A stretch of 55,308 bases of DNA from Acidobacteriota bacterium. Lineage in GTDB: Bacteria > Acidobacteriota > Thermoanaerobaculia > UBA2201. This document shows positions 1 through 8,871 of this stretch, piece by piece; the stretch's first letter is position 1, and every line of letters starts with the position of its first letter. The notes under the pieces were generated by a model, which saw nothing but the letters and a program-made list of their open reading frames with translations, was not told where the DNA came from and made no database searches. The stretch is from NCBI GenBank assembly GCA_037441225.1, contig JBBISU010000019.1, forward strand, positions 1-55,308, written 5' to 3'. A program made the position numbers and the translations under genes.

Positions 1-149
1 TTACTACCCAATTTTATTTTAAATTATTTTCCAACCCATTGTCAAGTGATATTTTCCTTAAAATCCTATGCAAAAGTAGGGGTGCTTGCAAAGCAGAGCA
101 ATAGAGCAACAGAGCAGCAGAGTATCAGTCCGTTGTCCGTGTCCTTTTT

Positions 150-201
150 CCGTTATCCGTTTAAAACGAGATGGCTTCGGCTGCGCCTCGCAAAGACAAT
201 G
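150..201. repeat. Repeat module A, copy 1 (ccgttatccgtttaaaacgagatggcttcggctgcgcctcgcaaagacaatg)
   Basis: Shares the ccgttatccgtt..aaa(a/g)cgagat(g/t)gc..GC-rich hairpin..ctcgcaa(a/t)gacaat skeleton with 598..656. Confidence 0.65.
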
Positions 202-597
202 CTGGGCATTTTGAATTTGTCACGCTTTCGGCTCACAATGACAAGAGGGAGAGTCCGCATATCGCATTCCGGGTTTAGACCTATTCCCTAAATGCTAAAT
301 GCTGTTTCTGATGCCCTGTATTGAAACGGGACGAGCAAGCTCGCCCCCTACAGACGATCGCATCTCGAATCCCCCATATAGGGATTCGGGAATATGTTTT
401 TTACCCTAAATGCTAAATGCGAAATGCTCCTTTTTTTTATCGCAGGCATAAAGCACTGCGCCTACATTTTACTTATAACAAATTGGGGGGGTGGAAACCT
501 AAAAGCGTTTAAGGATTGGGGCAGATACAAGGAAAATGAGCTGGCTACACCTTAAAGAGTATTGAATATGCGATGATTCGTTCCTCGCGTCCGAGAT

Positions 598-656
598 CCG
601 TTATCCGTTAAAAGCGAGATTGCCATGCACCCTTCGGGTGCTCGCAATGACAATTG
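598..656. repeat. Repeat module A, copy 2 (ccgttatccgttaaaagcgagattgccatgcacccttcgggtgctcgcaatgacaatt)
   Basis: Same skeleton as 150..201. The central stem-loop gcaccc-ttc-gggtgc replaces the ggcttcggctgcgcc segment of copy 1. Confidence 0.65.
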
Positions 657-1049
657 GGGAGTCATTCTGAGCGTCCTCCTTTTGTCATTCACTGCATCCC
701 CCTTCTGTCATTCCGAGCGAAGCGAAGAATCTCGTTAAGGAAGGATACTGTTAAAATTTTAGGTTCCACAAAGGGGGTCTGCCTGAAAAGATAATAGAAT
801 CAGTTGAAGCAGGACTTTATCTTTTTGTAGAAAACAGGATTCAGGAAGCATTATCAAAGATTAAAAAATCAAAAATCTTCAGGTTGGAGGAAGGACAAAA
901 ACAATAACTAGCTCTAAGCTTACAGATGCAATTGCCCTCCCTTTAAACTTCCCATTGAAAACCTTTATATTCATTTTATAACAAATTCCACATAATATAC
1001 CAACACAATTACTATAATATATCGCAAGGCAAAATAATTTTTACAATTA

Positions 1050-2405
1050 TTATTTATATTTAATGATTATTTCTCTAATTTTTTTAAAAGCTTTTAAAAT
1101 AGAATTTGTTAAGCTTTTCCTTCTTGGCTGAGCTTCTGGCTTTATTTTTTCTATTTCTTTACCAACTTCTACTTTTATAGATGCTGATTTTCTAATACCA
1201 AGTATTTGAGAAGGATATATACTTCTGTGTCCAGTTATAAGAAAACTAATAATACAAGACAAAGCAGCATAAGGAGCAACACTTGTTCCAAATAGTTCTA
1301 TTGCCATTATACTTGATGCAATAGGAGTATTTGTTGCACCTGATAGAACACTCACCAAACCAATTGCAGAAAATGTGGTTTTATCAAGCCCCAGCAAATT
1401 TGAAAATAATGAACCAGAAGTTGCTCCAATGAAAAATATAGGAGTCAATACTCCACCACTACCTCCAAAGTTTAAAGTAATTGTAGTAAAAATAATTTTC
1501 AGAATAAAGGCATACCAGATGACTTCTTCTCCCTCTAATGTTAACTGAATTGTTTCTAATCCAAGCCCAAGAAATTGATTAGAAAAGATGAAAGTCAAAA
1601 CAACAAGAATTAAGCCTCCAATTAAACCTTTTAAGGGTTTCCATAAATTTAGCTTAGAGGATTGTTTGTGAAAAAATCTCATTGTTTCAATTAAAAGAAA
1701 TGAAACAAGGCCAAAGAAAATTCCTCCAATAATCACTTTTATTAAGAGATATTCATTAAAAACAGGGACAAATTTTAGGGGATTATAAAAGTATGTTATT
1801 CCAAAGCCCGAAGAAATATGATAACTAATAATCCCTGAAATAAAGGAAGGCAAAAGAACTTCATATAAGATACTTCCTACAAAAAGAACTTCCACACCAA
1901 AAATAGCACCTGCTACTGGTGTGCCAAATACAGAAGAAAAACCTGCACTAATGCCACATATCACGAGTTTTTTTCTATCAATATCATCAAATTTGAATAG
2001 GTCAGAAAAAACAGATGAAACGCCACCACCTATTTGAGCACAGGGACCTTCCTTTCCAGCAGAACCACCAAAAGCAATAGTTATCACTGAGGCAAAAAGT
2101 TTTACAGGGATAACTGAAGCTCTTATTTTACCAGAATACCTATGGATTGCTTCAATAACCTTTTCTGTTCCATGACCTTCTGCATCAGGCGCTAAATATT
2201 GAATACATAAAGCACTTAAAAAAAATGCAAGGGGCAAGAAAAGATAATAGTATGAATTTTTGTGTGTCAAAAATGTAGCCCAATTTAGTGCTTTCAAAAA
2301 TACAGTTGTTGATAACCCAACTGATATACCTATGATTGCAGCTAGCACACTCCATTTAAGGGTACTCATAAAAATAACAAATGTTTCTTCTAATCTTTTT
2401 CTCAT
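1050..2405 (-). CDS. ClC-family chloride channel / H+-Cl- antiporter
   Basis: 451-aa polytopic membrane protein with ClC selectivity-filter-like strings GKEGPCAQIG and GGVLTPIFFIGA, plus GTPVAGAIFGVE. Confidence 0.85.
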   Translation of the reverse strand: MRKRLEETFVIFMSTLKWSVLAAIIGISVGLSTTVFLKALNWATFLTHKNSYYYLFLPLAFFLSALCIQYLAPDAEGHGTEKVIEAIHRYSGKIRASVIPVKLFASVITIAFGGSAGKEGPCAQIGGGVSSVFSDLFKFDDIDRKKLVICGISAGFSSVFGTPVAGAIFGVEVLFVGSILYEVLLPSFISGIISYHISSGFGITYFYNPLKFVPVFNEYLLIKVIIGGIFFGLVSFLLIETMRFFHKQSSKLNLWKPLKGLIGGLILVVLTFIFSNQFLGLGLETIQLTLEGEEVIWYAFILKIIFTTITLNFGGSGGVLTPIFFIGATSGSLFSNLLGLDKTTFSAIGLVSVLSGATNTPIASSIMAIELFGTSVAPYAALSCIISFLITGHRSIYPSQILGIRKSASIKVEVGKEIEKIKPEAQPRRKSLTNSILKAFKKIREIIIKYK

Positions 2406-2557
2406 TTTATTGCTCCTAATTTATAGCCCTTGTATAGTTTCATAGAAAGGTTTGCAGATATAGGGACTCCTTTCAAGTTTCTTGTCCATCAAAAGGAAAT
2501 TATTTAAATTATTATAAATTATAATGAATTTGGATTTTTTTTTCATTTTATACTTAA

Positions 2558-2769
2558 TCAATACTTATAACCAGTTCCCTCATCTGGTTCTAATTCCACT
2601 CCCAAAGAAAGTACAATGCGATTAGCAAAATGGGCTATAATGCTTTCAGGTGGCAAAATTTGAATTTTATGAACATTTGCAAGTTTTCCTTTTTTTTTAC
2701 AAGCTCCTCGTAAATCTCTTTAAGTTTTCCAGTTGCATCCTTTTGTTCTATGACTTTAATCCTTAGCAT
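2558..2769 (-). pseudogene. Truncated, frameshifted stub of a carboxymuconolactone-decarboxylase/AhpD-like (peroxidase-related) gene
   Basis: Minus strand reads MLRIKVIEQKDATGKLKEIYEELVKKK, then a 9-A run (2690..2698), then in the next frame GKLANVHKIQILPPESIIAHFANRIVLSLGVELEPDEGTGYKY*. This resembles the N-terminal ~70 aa of CMD-family proteins, which are normally ~180 aa. Confidence 0.4.
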
Positions 2770-3256
2770 ATCAAAACCCTTTTAATTTTTTTTCATTTCC
2801 ATTTTTCAAATTTTTTCATTGGAAAATGAACATATAAGATATGTTAAAGGAAATAATAATTTCTTAAAAATCTTTTTATGTCTTTTCATTATTTTTATTG
2901 TAATACTTTGAACTTTAAACTGTCAAGGGGGATTGCCTCAAATAAAATCCATTTGAAAATGATTTAGCCTTTAAAAACCAAATTTATTTTAACTAAGTTA
3001 GAATATAGTTACTGTGAGGAAATGATATGATTATTAAGATAAAAAATAACATGAGGCAACAGGGCTGCAAAAATTTTATTTTATGCTTATTTGCATTTTT
3101 AAAAATTGTTCTTTATATCTCTTTAGAAGGATAATCAGCTATAAAGAGTGAAAACTTTTCTTAAAAAAAGCTTATTTTACTTAATGTAGCATAGGACTTT
3201 TGCTCAAGGAAATTTACACAATAATAAATTTTTAAATTAATATTTTCTATTTTTAT

Positions 3257-4182
3257 CTACTTTTTCACAATTTCTACTCTTCTGTTTTTTGCTTTTCCTT
3301 CTTCTGTTTTATTGTCAGCAATTGGTTTGGTTTGCCCCCATCCCTTTGATGAAAGGCGGTTTTTATCTATTCCTTTTGATATAATTGCATCCATTACTGC
3401 CTTTGCACGATTTTCTGAAAGTGTTTGATTGGATTGTGGAGTTACGACATTGTTTGTATGCCCTTCAAAGCTTATCTTTAATGTTGGATTCTCTTTCATC
3501 ATTTTTACATTTGTTCAATAATAGGTTGTGACTCTGGTTTTATCTCTGCTTTACCACTTTCAAAATTTATATATAATGCAATAAATCCATCTTTATTTAA
3601 AGCATCAAACATCTCATTTGCTTTAATCTCTTGCACCATCATTTCTTTTTCTGCAATTACCATATCATAGCCATCATCACTTAATTGAACATATACCCAA
3701 ATCTCTTTATCATTTTTTGCAAATTTAATAGTCGTTCCCCAATTAGTGCATCTATTTCCAAAAGGAATAGTGCCTCCATTTATATCATTTCCAGTATATT
3801 CATATTGTCCAGCACACCAACTCTGATATTCTCCTAAGATAACCCCGCCATTTTGTTTGCCTGCATTTTGAAAATTTCGCATAATTTGCAAACCTGATGG
3901 AGGTGTTGAGCCTTCTTTTATTTGATAATTAAATACCATTATTTTTCCTTCCACTACTTCAGATTTTATATTATTATCTTTTTTTGGATCTGGTTGTCCC
4001 ACTGGAAATTTCATAGAACCAAAATCAAGTTTTGCGCAACTGCCTAAATAATAGTTAGGCATTCTGTTAAACAATGGATGATCTTTGCATCCTTCTGCAT
4101 CTTCTTCTTGTGCAAAGGAAATGTACTGAATTGCAAAGACCAAAACAGCAAAAATTAAAACCTTTAAAGATATTTTTTTCAT
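3257..4182 (-). pseudogene. OmpA-family peptidoglycan-associated outer-membrane protein, split by a 1-nt frameshift at about 3503-3512
   Basis: ORF 3505..4182 has a signal peptide and ends FESGKAEIKPESQPIIEQM*. ORF 3257..3502 continues with KMMKENPTLKISFEGHTNNV..SNQTLSENRAKAV..NRRVEIV, the OmpA C-terminal-like domain. The two ORFs are in different frames, and the second frame is open upstream (..TNVKMMKENP), so one indel separates them. This could be real or an assembly error. Confidence 0.7.
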
Positions 4183-4234
4183 CCTCCTCCTTTTGCGTTA
4201 ATCAAATTGACGCTGAAATTTTTATGCCTTATTT

Positions 4235-4261
4235 ATTGTAGCATATTTCAATAATTGTCAA
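4235..4261 (-). promoter_or_regulatory. Sigma-70-type promoter for the OmpA-like gene (TTGACA, 15-nt spacer, extended -10 TGCTACAAT)
   Basis: Minus strand reads ttgacaattattgaaatatgctacaat about 55 nt upstream of the ATG at 4182, followed by SD aaaggaggagg. Confidence 0.4.
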
Positions 4262-4352
4262 ATGGTTTTTCCTAAACAATATCTTAAAATATTCTAATTA
4301 AAAATTGAAATAATTATCGGTAAATGCAATAAATATTCTGGAGGTTTGAAGT

Positions 4353-4786
4353 ATGGAAAACTCAGATTTTTTTGAAGAAGAAAATATACTAAAAAATATA
4401 GAAGAAAAGAATTATAAATAGGAAAATTGGGGATAGAATAAGAGGAAGGTTTGAAATTTACGATATATTAGAAGGAAGCATAGGTTTTGTTTTTTAGATA
4501 AGGCAAAAAAATATTTAATAAAATAATTAAGTTAAATCAAAAGGATGCAAATGTGAATTTCTTGTTAGAAGAGGCTTTCTTGGCTAAAAAACTTAGCGAC
4601 GAAGCAATTGAGGCATATAAAAAAGCAGTTGAGCTTGATCCAAAAAATGCAAATGCATTATACAATCTTGGCTTTGTTTTATTTTATGGAGGTTATGAAG
4701 ACGAGGCATGGGAAATATTTAGAAAAGCACTTAAATTAGCTCCAAACCATCTAGATGCATATTACATCTATACAGGTCAGCTTTGA
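4353..4786 (+). pseudogene. Remnant of a Ser/Thr protein kinase + TPR gene (internal deletion and frameshifts)
   Basis: SD ggagg + ATG 4353 gives a 22-aa ORF. Shifted frame 4426..4497 reads IGDRIRGRFEIYDILEGSIGFVF*, resembling the start of a kinase domain around the glycine-rich loop. ORF 4553..4786 (open from about 4528) is pure TPR (AIEAYKKAVELDPKNANALYNLG..). Confidence 0.4.
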
Positions 4787-4842
4787 AAAGATGCAAAAAA
4801 TTTTAATAAGCAACATTCTTATAAAAATGCTATAATTTTTTT

Positions 4843-5752
4843 ATGAGTATAATAGATTGCATTGGTAATACACCGCTTATAAGAATGGATAACATTAATC
4901 CAAACCCTCATATATTTTGCTCTATGGTAAATTTGAAGGCGCAAATCCAGGTGGTTCAGTTAAAGACAGGACTGCCCTTTATCTTATAAAAGAAGCAGAA
5001 GAAAAAAAATTGCTGACAAAAGATAAAATTATATTAGAACCAACTTCTAGAAATACTGGAATTGGACTTGCAATAATTGCATCTTCTAAGGGCTATAGAA
5101 TAAAACTTGTTATGCCAAAATGTGTAAGTTATGAGAGAAGAAAAATTCTGGAAGCCCTTGGAGCAGAACTTATCTTATCACCTGCAGAAGAAGGAACAGA
5201 TGGTGCTATAAAACTTGCCCATCAAATTTATAAAGAAGCACCTGAAAATTATTTTATGCCAAATCAATTTGATAATTCATCAAATGTAAAAGCCCATTAT
5301 GAGACAACAGGAAAGGAAATCTTAGAACAAACAAAAGGAGAAATAACACATTTTGTTGCTGGAATGGGGACAACGGGCACATTGATGGGTGTTAGTCAAA
5401 GGTTGAAAGAATATAACAAAGGTATAAAAATTATTGGTGTTGAACCCTTCCAGGGCATAGAATACAGGGACTTAAAAATATGAAGGAATCAATTGTCCCC
5501 AAAATATATGATCCTTCAAGAATAGACGAGAAATACAATGTAAAAGATGAGGATGCTTTTGACACAACAAGAAAACTGGCAACAAAGGAAGGTGTTTTTG
5601 TTGGGATGTCTTCTTGTGCTGCTGTCCATTGCGCCATAGAAATTGCCAGTGAATTAAAAAAAGGCGTAATAGTAGTTTTGCTTCCTGACAGAGGAGACAG
5701 ATACCTTTCAACTTCCCTTTTTATGAGTGTTTGCAGCAAATTTCCTCCTTAA
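4843..5752 (+). pseudogene. Cysteine synthase (CysK/CysM family, PLP-dependent), at least 2 frameshifts plus substitutions at conserved glycines
   Basis: ATG 4843 gives MSIIDCIGNTPLIRMDNINPNPHIF. A frame change then gives ..KFEGANPGGSVKDRTALYLI.. (4917..5483). A second frame change near 5445-5460 gives GHRIQGLKNMKESIVPKIYD..LLPDRGDRYLSTSLF (5480..5752). The conserved TSGNTG reads TSRNTG and GSSG reads MSSC. Confidence 0.8.
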
Positions 5753-5782
5753 AAAATTTTAAATTTTAATGAAAAAATTTTA

Positions 5783-6319
5783 TTGTTGTTTCTTTTAAAT
5801 TTTTTTTCTTGCAAAGAAATCTTTTCACAAATTGAAGGATGGGTAAGCTATGAGCCAGAACCAAAGGGAAAAACTTCCTTTGCAGTTCAAGGATGGGCTA
5901 TTTCAATTTGCACGCCACCAGAAATTGAAGTTTTAGTTTATGGAAAAATTTATTGGAAAGGAAAAACTTTCTTTGCCTTTCCTTGTGTTAAAGAAAAATA
6001 TCCCCAAATTTCTTGGGCAGAAAAGGCAGGTTTCTGGGTTCAAATTAACCCAATAAATTTTTCAACTGGGAAACATAAAATAGAAGTAATTGCTATTGCA
6101 GGAGAATGTGGAAAGAAAAAAATTAGTGAAAAAGAATTTGAAACCTTAAAACCAACTAATTGGTTCAAAGTAGTTTTCTATTTATTTGTTATCTTATTTT
6201 TAATTCCCTTTTTATTAAGCAAATTATTCTTAAAAATTCCTGAGTCTTCTTTTAAAAAAATTAAATTAAAAAAAATAATAATATTTGAATTACTTTTTTT
6301 AATTATCTGGGTCCTTTGA
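5783..6319 (+). CDS. Hypothetical protein: beta-rich N-terminal domain followed by hydrophobic segments; possibly the detached 5' part of the downstream broken gene
   Basis: 178-aa ORF with a non-ATG start in the track and C-terminal hydrophobic segments (WFKVVFYLFVILFLIPFLL, IIIFELLFLIIWVL). No recognisable catalytic motif. Confidence 0.35.
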   Translation: MLFLLNFFSCKEIFSQIEGWVSYEPEPKGKTSFAVQGWAISICTPPEIEVLVYGKIYWKGKTFFAFPCVKEKYPQISWAEKAGFWVQINPINFSTGKHKIEVIAIAGECGKKKISEKEFETLKPTNWFKVVFYLFVILFLIPFLLSKLFLKIPESSFKKIKLKKIIIFELLFLIIWVL

Positions 6320-6351
6320 AATGGAAATTTATTTGATTATATAGTAGGTGA

Positions 6352-7286
6352 AAGGAAGGATTTTTTTCACCCCTTGCAAATTGGGATGGCCAGTATTATT
6401 TGTTAATTGTAAATGATTGGTATACTAAACTTTTAGATGAAGGCTCTTATGCTTTTTTCCCCCTTTATCCTTTTCTTCTGAGAATCTTTAGCTTCCTGCT
6501 AATTCCTCTCCCCCTCCTTGGAGCTCTCTTAAATTCTGCCTCCTCTTTTTTATCATTTTTTTTTCTTTTTAAAATATACGCAAATTGCACAAGAGGGCTT
6601 CTTTTTTATTTTTTTTCACCTTTTGCTTTCTTCTTTGCAGTGGCTTATTCTGAAGGGACTTTTTTGCTATGTACTTCAATTTTTCTTTGGTCTATTAGAA
6701 AAGAAAAATTTTTTTTAAACTTTCTTTTTGGTTTACTTTGTGGCTTAACAAGACCCAGTGGAGTAATTCTTTCACTTCTTTCACTTGAAACTTTTAAAGA
6801 AAAAAATAAATGGCTTAAAATTACAAGTTTAATTTCTCCTTTTTTTGGCCTTATATTCTAGTCTTTTTACCTTTGGGTTATAACTGGTGACCCATTGAAA
6901 TTTTTGCATAGCCAGAAGAGTTTTGGCAGAGTTATTTTTTTTCATCCAGGAATAGTTTTTGACAAATTTTGCAAGAGATGACAATTTTTTCAGGTATGGC
7001 ATTTTGGGAAATGCTTTTCTTATTCTTTGTTCTTTTTGGATCTTTTGCTTTAATTAGAAAAAAAAGATATAGTGAAGGATTTTATAGTTTAGCAATTATT
7101 TTGCAGCCCCTAACAATCTTAAGCTTTCCAAGCTTAAATAGATACGCTCTTGCTGCCTTTCCTGTCTTTATATATTTTGGAAACCTTATAAAAAACAAAT
7201 GGCTTTTTTATTTTATTCTTTTAGTTGAAATTTCTTTACTGCTTTATTTTTCACATCTCTTTAGCAGGCAGATATTTGTGGGATAA
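6352..7286 (+). pseudogene. PIG-V-like (Mannosyl_trans2) integral-membrane mannosyltransferase, broken into at least 3 frames
   Basis: The frame opening at 6352 reads ..ANWDGQYYLLIVNDWYTKLLDEGSYAFFPLYPFLLR..AYSEGTFLL..GLTRPSGVIL (to 6861). A second frame gives ITGDPLKFLHSQKSFGRVIFFHPG (about 6880-6980). A third gives 6969..7286. WD..Y / FFPLYP / YSE / LTR..G are hallmarks of this family. Confidence 0.65.
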
Positions 7287-7332
7287 TAAAATTATATGAA
7301 AATTTTAAAATTTCTTGATATAATAAAATATT

Positions 7333-8871
7333 ATGAAAAAAAATCTGGTTTTATTTGCTTTTAGTATTTTCTTATTTTTCTGTGGTTTTTCCCTCTGGCA
7401 AATTATAAATTTCCAGAGAATAGACCATTATAGTTATTCTCAATATATTGAACTTCTTGATAAAGTTCAGAGCATCTATCCAGAAAAACAAGAGCCATCG
7501 GAACTGATTTATTCTTCTATTGATGGAATGATTCAATTCCTCGATCCCCATTCAAACTTCCTCGATCCAAAAGATTATAAAGCAATGCTTCAAAGGCAGG
7601 AGGGAAAATTCTCTGGAATAGGTATCCTTATTGGGTTAAGAAATGGAAAAATAACAGTTATCTCTCCTGTGGAAGGAACGCCTGCCCATAGGTTGGGTGT
7701 AAGGGCAGGAGATATAATTTCAGAAATTGATGGTGAGTCAACCGAAAAAATGAATATAAATGAAGTTGTGGATAAATTAAGAGGACAAAAAGGGACAAAA
7801 GTTCAAATAACAATAATAAGAGTTGGGGTAAAAGAACCAATAGTTTTGGAAATCACAAGAGAAGTGATTTCTGAAACAGCTGTAAGATATCCTACAATGT
7901 TGGATGAAAAAACTGGTTATGTTAGAATAACTGATTTTAATAAAACCACATCAGAAGAATTAAGAGAAGCATTGAAAAAGTTAAAAGAACAAGGAATGGA
8001 AAAACTAATCCTTGATTTAAGGGACAACCCTGGAGGAATACTGGAACAAGCAATAGAAGTATCTTCATTTTTTTTAAAACCAAATTCCTTAATTGTTTAT
8101 ACAAGAGGGAGGGATGCTTCTTCTGTTATGGAATTTAAGACAAAGGCAAAAGCTAACCCTTATAAAATTCCTTTTATCATCCTTGTAAACTCTGGTTCTG
8201 CTTCTGCTTCTGAGATAGTTGCTGGTGCAATGCAAGACCATGACAGAGCTTTAATAGTTGGAGAAACAACCTTTGGAAAAGGACTTGTTCAGTCAGTTTA
8301 TGAGCTTTCTCAAGATTCAGCTCTTGCTCTTACAACAGCAAGATACTATATCCCTTCAGGCAGGTGCATACAGAGGGATTACACATTTTTAACTGATTAT
8401 TTAAAAGGTGTTAATGGAAAAACTTTAGGCAAAGAATTTCACACTGATAGTGGAAGGGTTGTATATGGTGGAGGGGGAGTAAGTCCTGATATAAAGCTTT
8501 CTTCCGAAAAATTTTCCTTAATCCAGATGAAATTACAAGGATTAGGGCTTTATTTTAACTTTGCAATAGAATATGTATCAAAAAATCAAGAAGTTGATGA
8601 GAGCTTTCAATTAAACCAACAAATATTAGATGAATTTTTTAAATATTTAATTGAAAATAAATGGTTTTCTCAAGAAGACAAGGAAAAAATTTATAAAGAT
8701 GAAGAAGAATTAAAAAGAATAAAATTTATGTTAAAGAGAGAAATATTATCTGCAAAATTTGGTATGACAAAGGGTTATCAATTGACATTAAAAGATGATG
8801 AACAGATACTGCAATCTATTCAAAACTTTGATAAAGCTGAAGAACTTGCAAAAAATTATTTTAAAGATTAG
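7333..8871 (+). CDS. Carboxy-terminal processing (tail-specific) protease, peptidase S41 with PDZ domain
   Basis: N-terminal anchor, PDZ-like GIGILIG..GTPAHRLGVRAGDII, and S41 catalytic strings NSGSASASEIVAGA and TFGKGLVQ. Confidence 0.9.
   Translation: MKKNLVLFAFSIFLFFCGFSLWQIINFQRIDHYSYSQYIELLDKVQSIYPEKQEPSELIYSSIDGMIQFLDPHSNFLDPKDYKAMLQRQEGKFSGIGILIGLRNGKITVISPVEGTPAHRLGVRAGDIISEIDGESTEKMNINEVVDKLRGQKGTKVQITIIRVGVKEPIVLEITREVISETAVRYPTMLDEKTGYVRITDFNKTTSEELREALKKLKEQGMEKLILDLRDNPGGILEQAIEVSSFFLKPNSLIVYTRGRDASSVMEFKTKAKANPYKIPFIILVNSGSASASEIVAGAMQDHDRALIVGETTFGKGLVQSVYELSQDSALALTTARYYIPSGRCIQRDYTFLTDYLKGVNGKTLGKEFHTDSGRVVYGGGGVSPDIKLSSEKFSLIQMKLQGLGLYFNFAIEYVSKNQEVDESFQLNQQILDEFFKYLIENKWFSQEDKEKIYKDEEELKRIKFMLKREILSAKFGMTKGYQLTLKDDEQILQSIQNFDKAEELAKNYFKD

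Larger units (their letters stand above)
95..740. repeat. GC-rich mosaic of short direct repeats and hairpins (non-coding, contig-edge region)
   Basis: Visibly much richer in G+C than the rest of the window, with no convincing ORF (the 81-aa ORF 46..291 reads straight through repeat units). Contains tandem octamers agagcaat/agagcaac/agagcagc/agagtatc (95..126) and two copies of a ~55-nt module (150..201, 598..656). Also two copies of ccctaaatgctaaatgc (286..302, 404..420), three gtcattc words (661..673, 684..695, 707..734), and perfect hairpins cgaatccc/gggattcg (366..388) and gcaccc/gggtgc (627..641). Confidence 0.6.

Noticed and set aside
46-291. 81-aa ORF at the start of the window
   Set aside because: It has a non-ATG start (GTG at 46) and runs straight through the octamer and ccgtt-tccgt repeat units. 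Its sequence (..RATEQQSISPLSVSFFRYPFKTRWLRLRLAKT..) is the translation of repeats rather than a protein-like sequence.
360-392. tRNA-like T-arm string (tcgaatccc) suggesting a tRNA gene or fragment
   Set aside because: The flanks cannot be folded into acceptor, D or anticodon arms. The string is simply one half of the 8-bp hairpin cgaatccc/gggattcg.
95-740. Possible CRISPR array in the repeat island
   Set aside because: The repeats belong to several different families, are imperfect and are irregularly spaced. There is no constant repeat-spacer periodicity, and no cas genes are in the window.
781-907. Start-less open frame GGLPEKIIESVEAGLYLFVENRIQEALSKIKKSKIFRLEEGQKQ* after the repeat island
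   Set aside because: It may be the 3' remnant of a small gene, such as a toxin-antitoxin or HEPN-like gene. It has no start codon, and I cannot match it to a family by eye, so support is too weak to report as a feature.
2406-2557. Fluoride (crcB-motif) riboswitch in the leader of the ClC gene
   Set aside because: The leader contains GATGG but lacks the conserved ..AAC.GCC...GGCTGATG..CCTAC core and has almost no GC-rich pairing potential. The channel also has a Cl-type GKEGP motif.
2406-7286. Alternative genetic code (TGA or TAA reassignment) as the explanation for the broken ORFs
   Set aside because: The breaks are changes of reading frame, not in-frame stops. Trp is encoded by TGG throughout, and very long standard-code ORFs fill the rest of the window.
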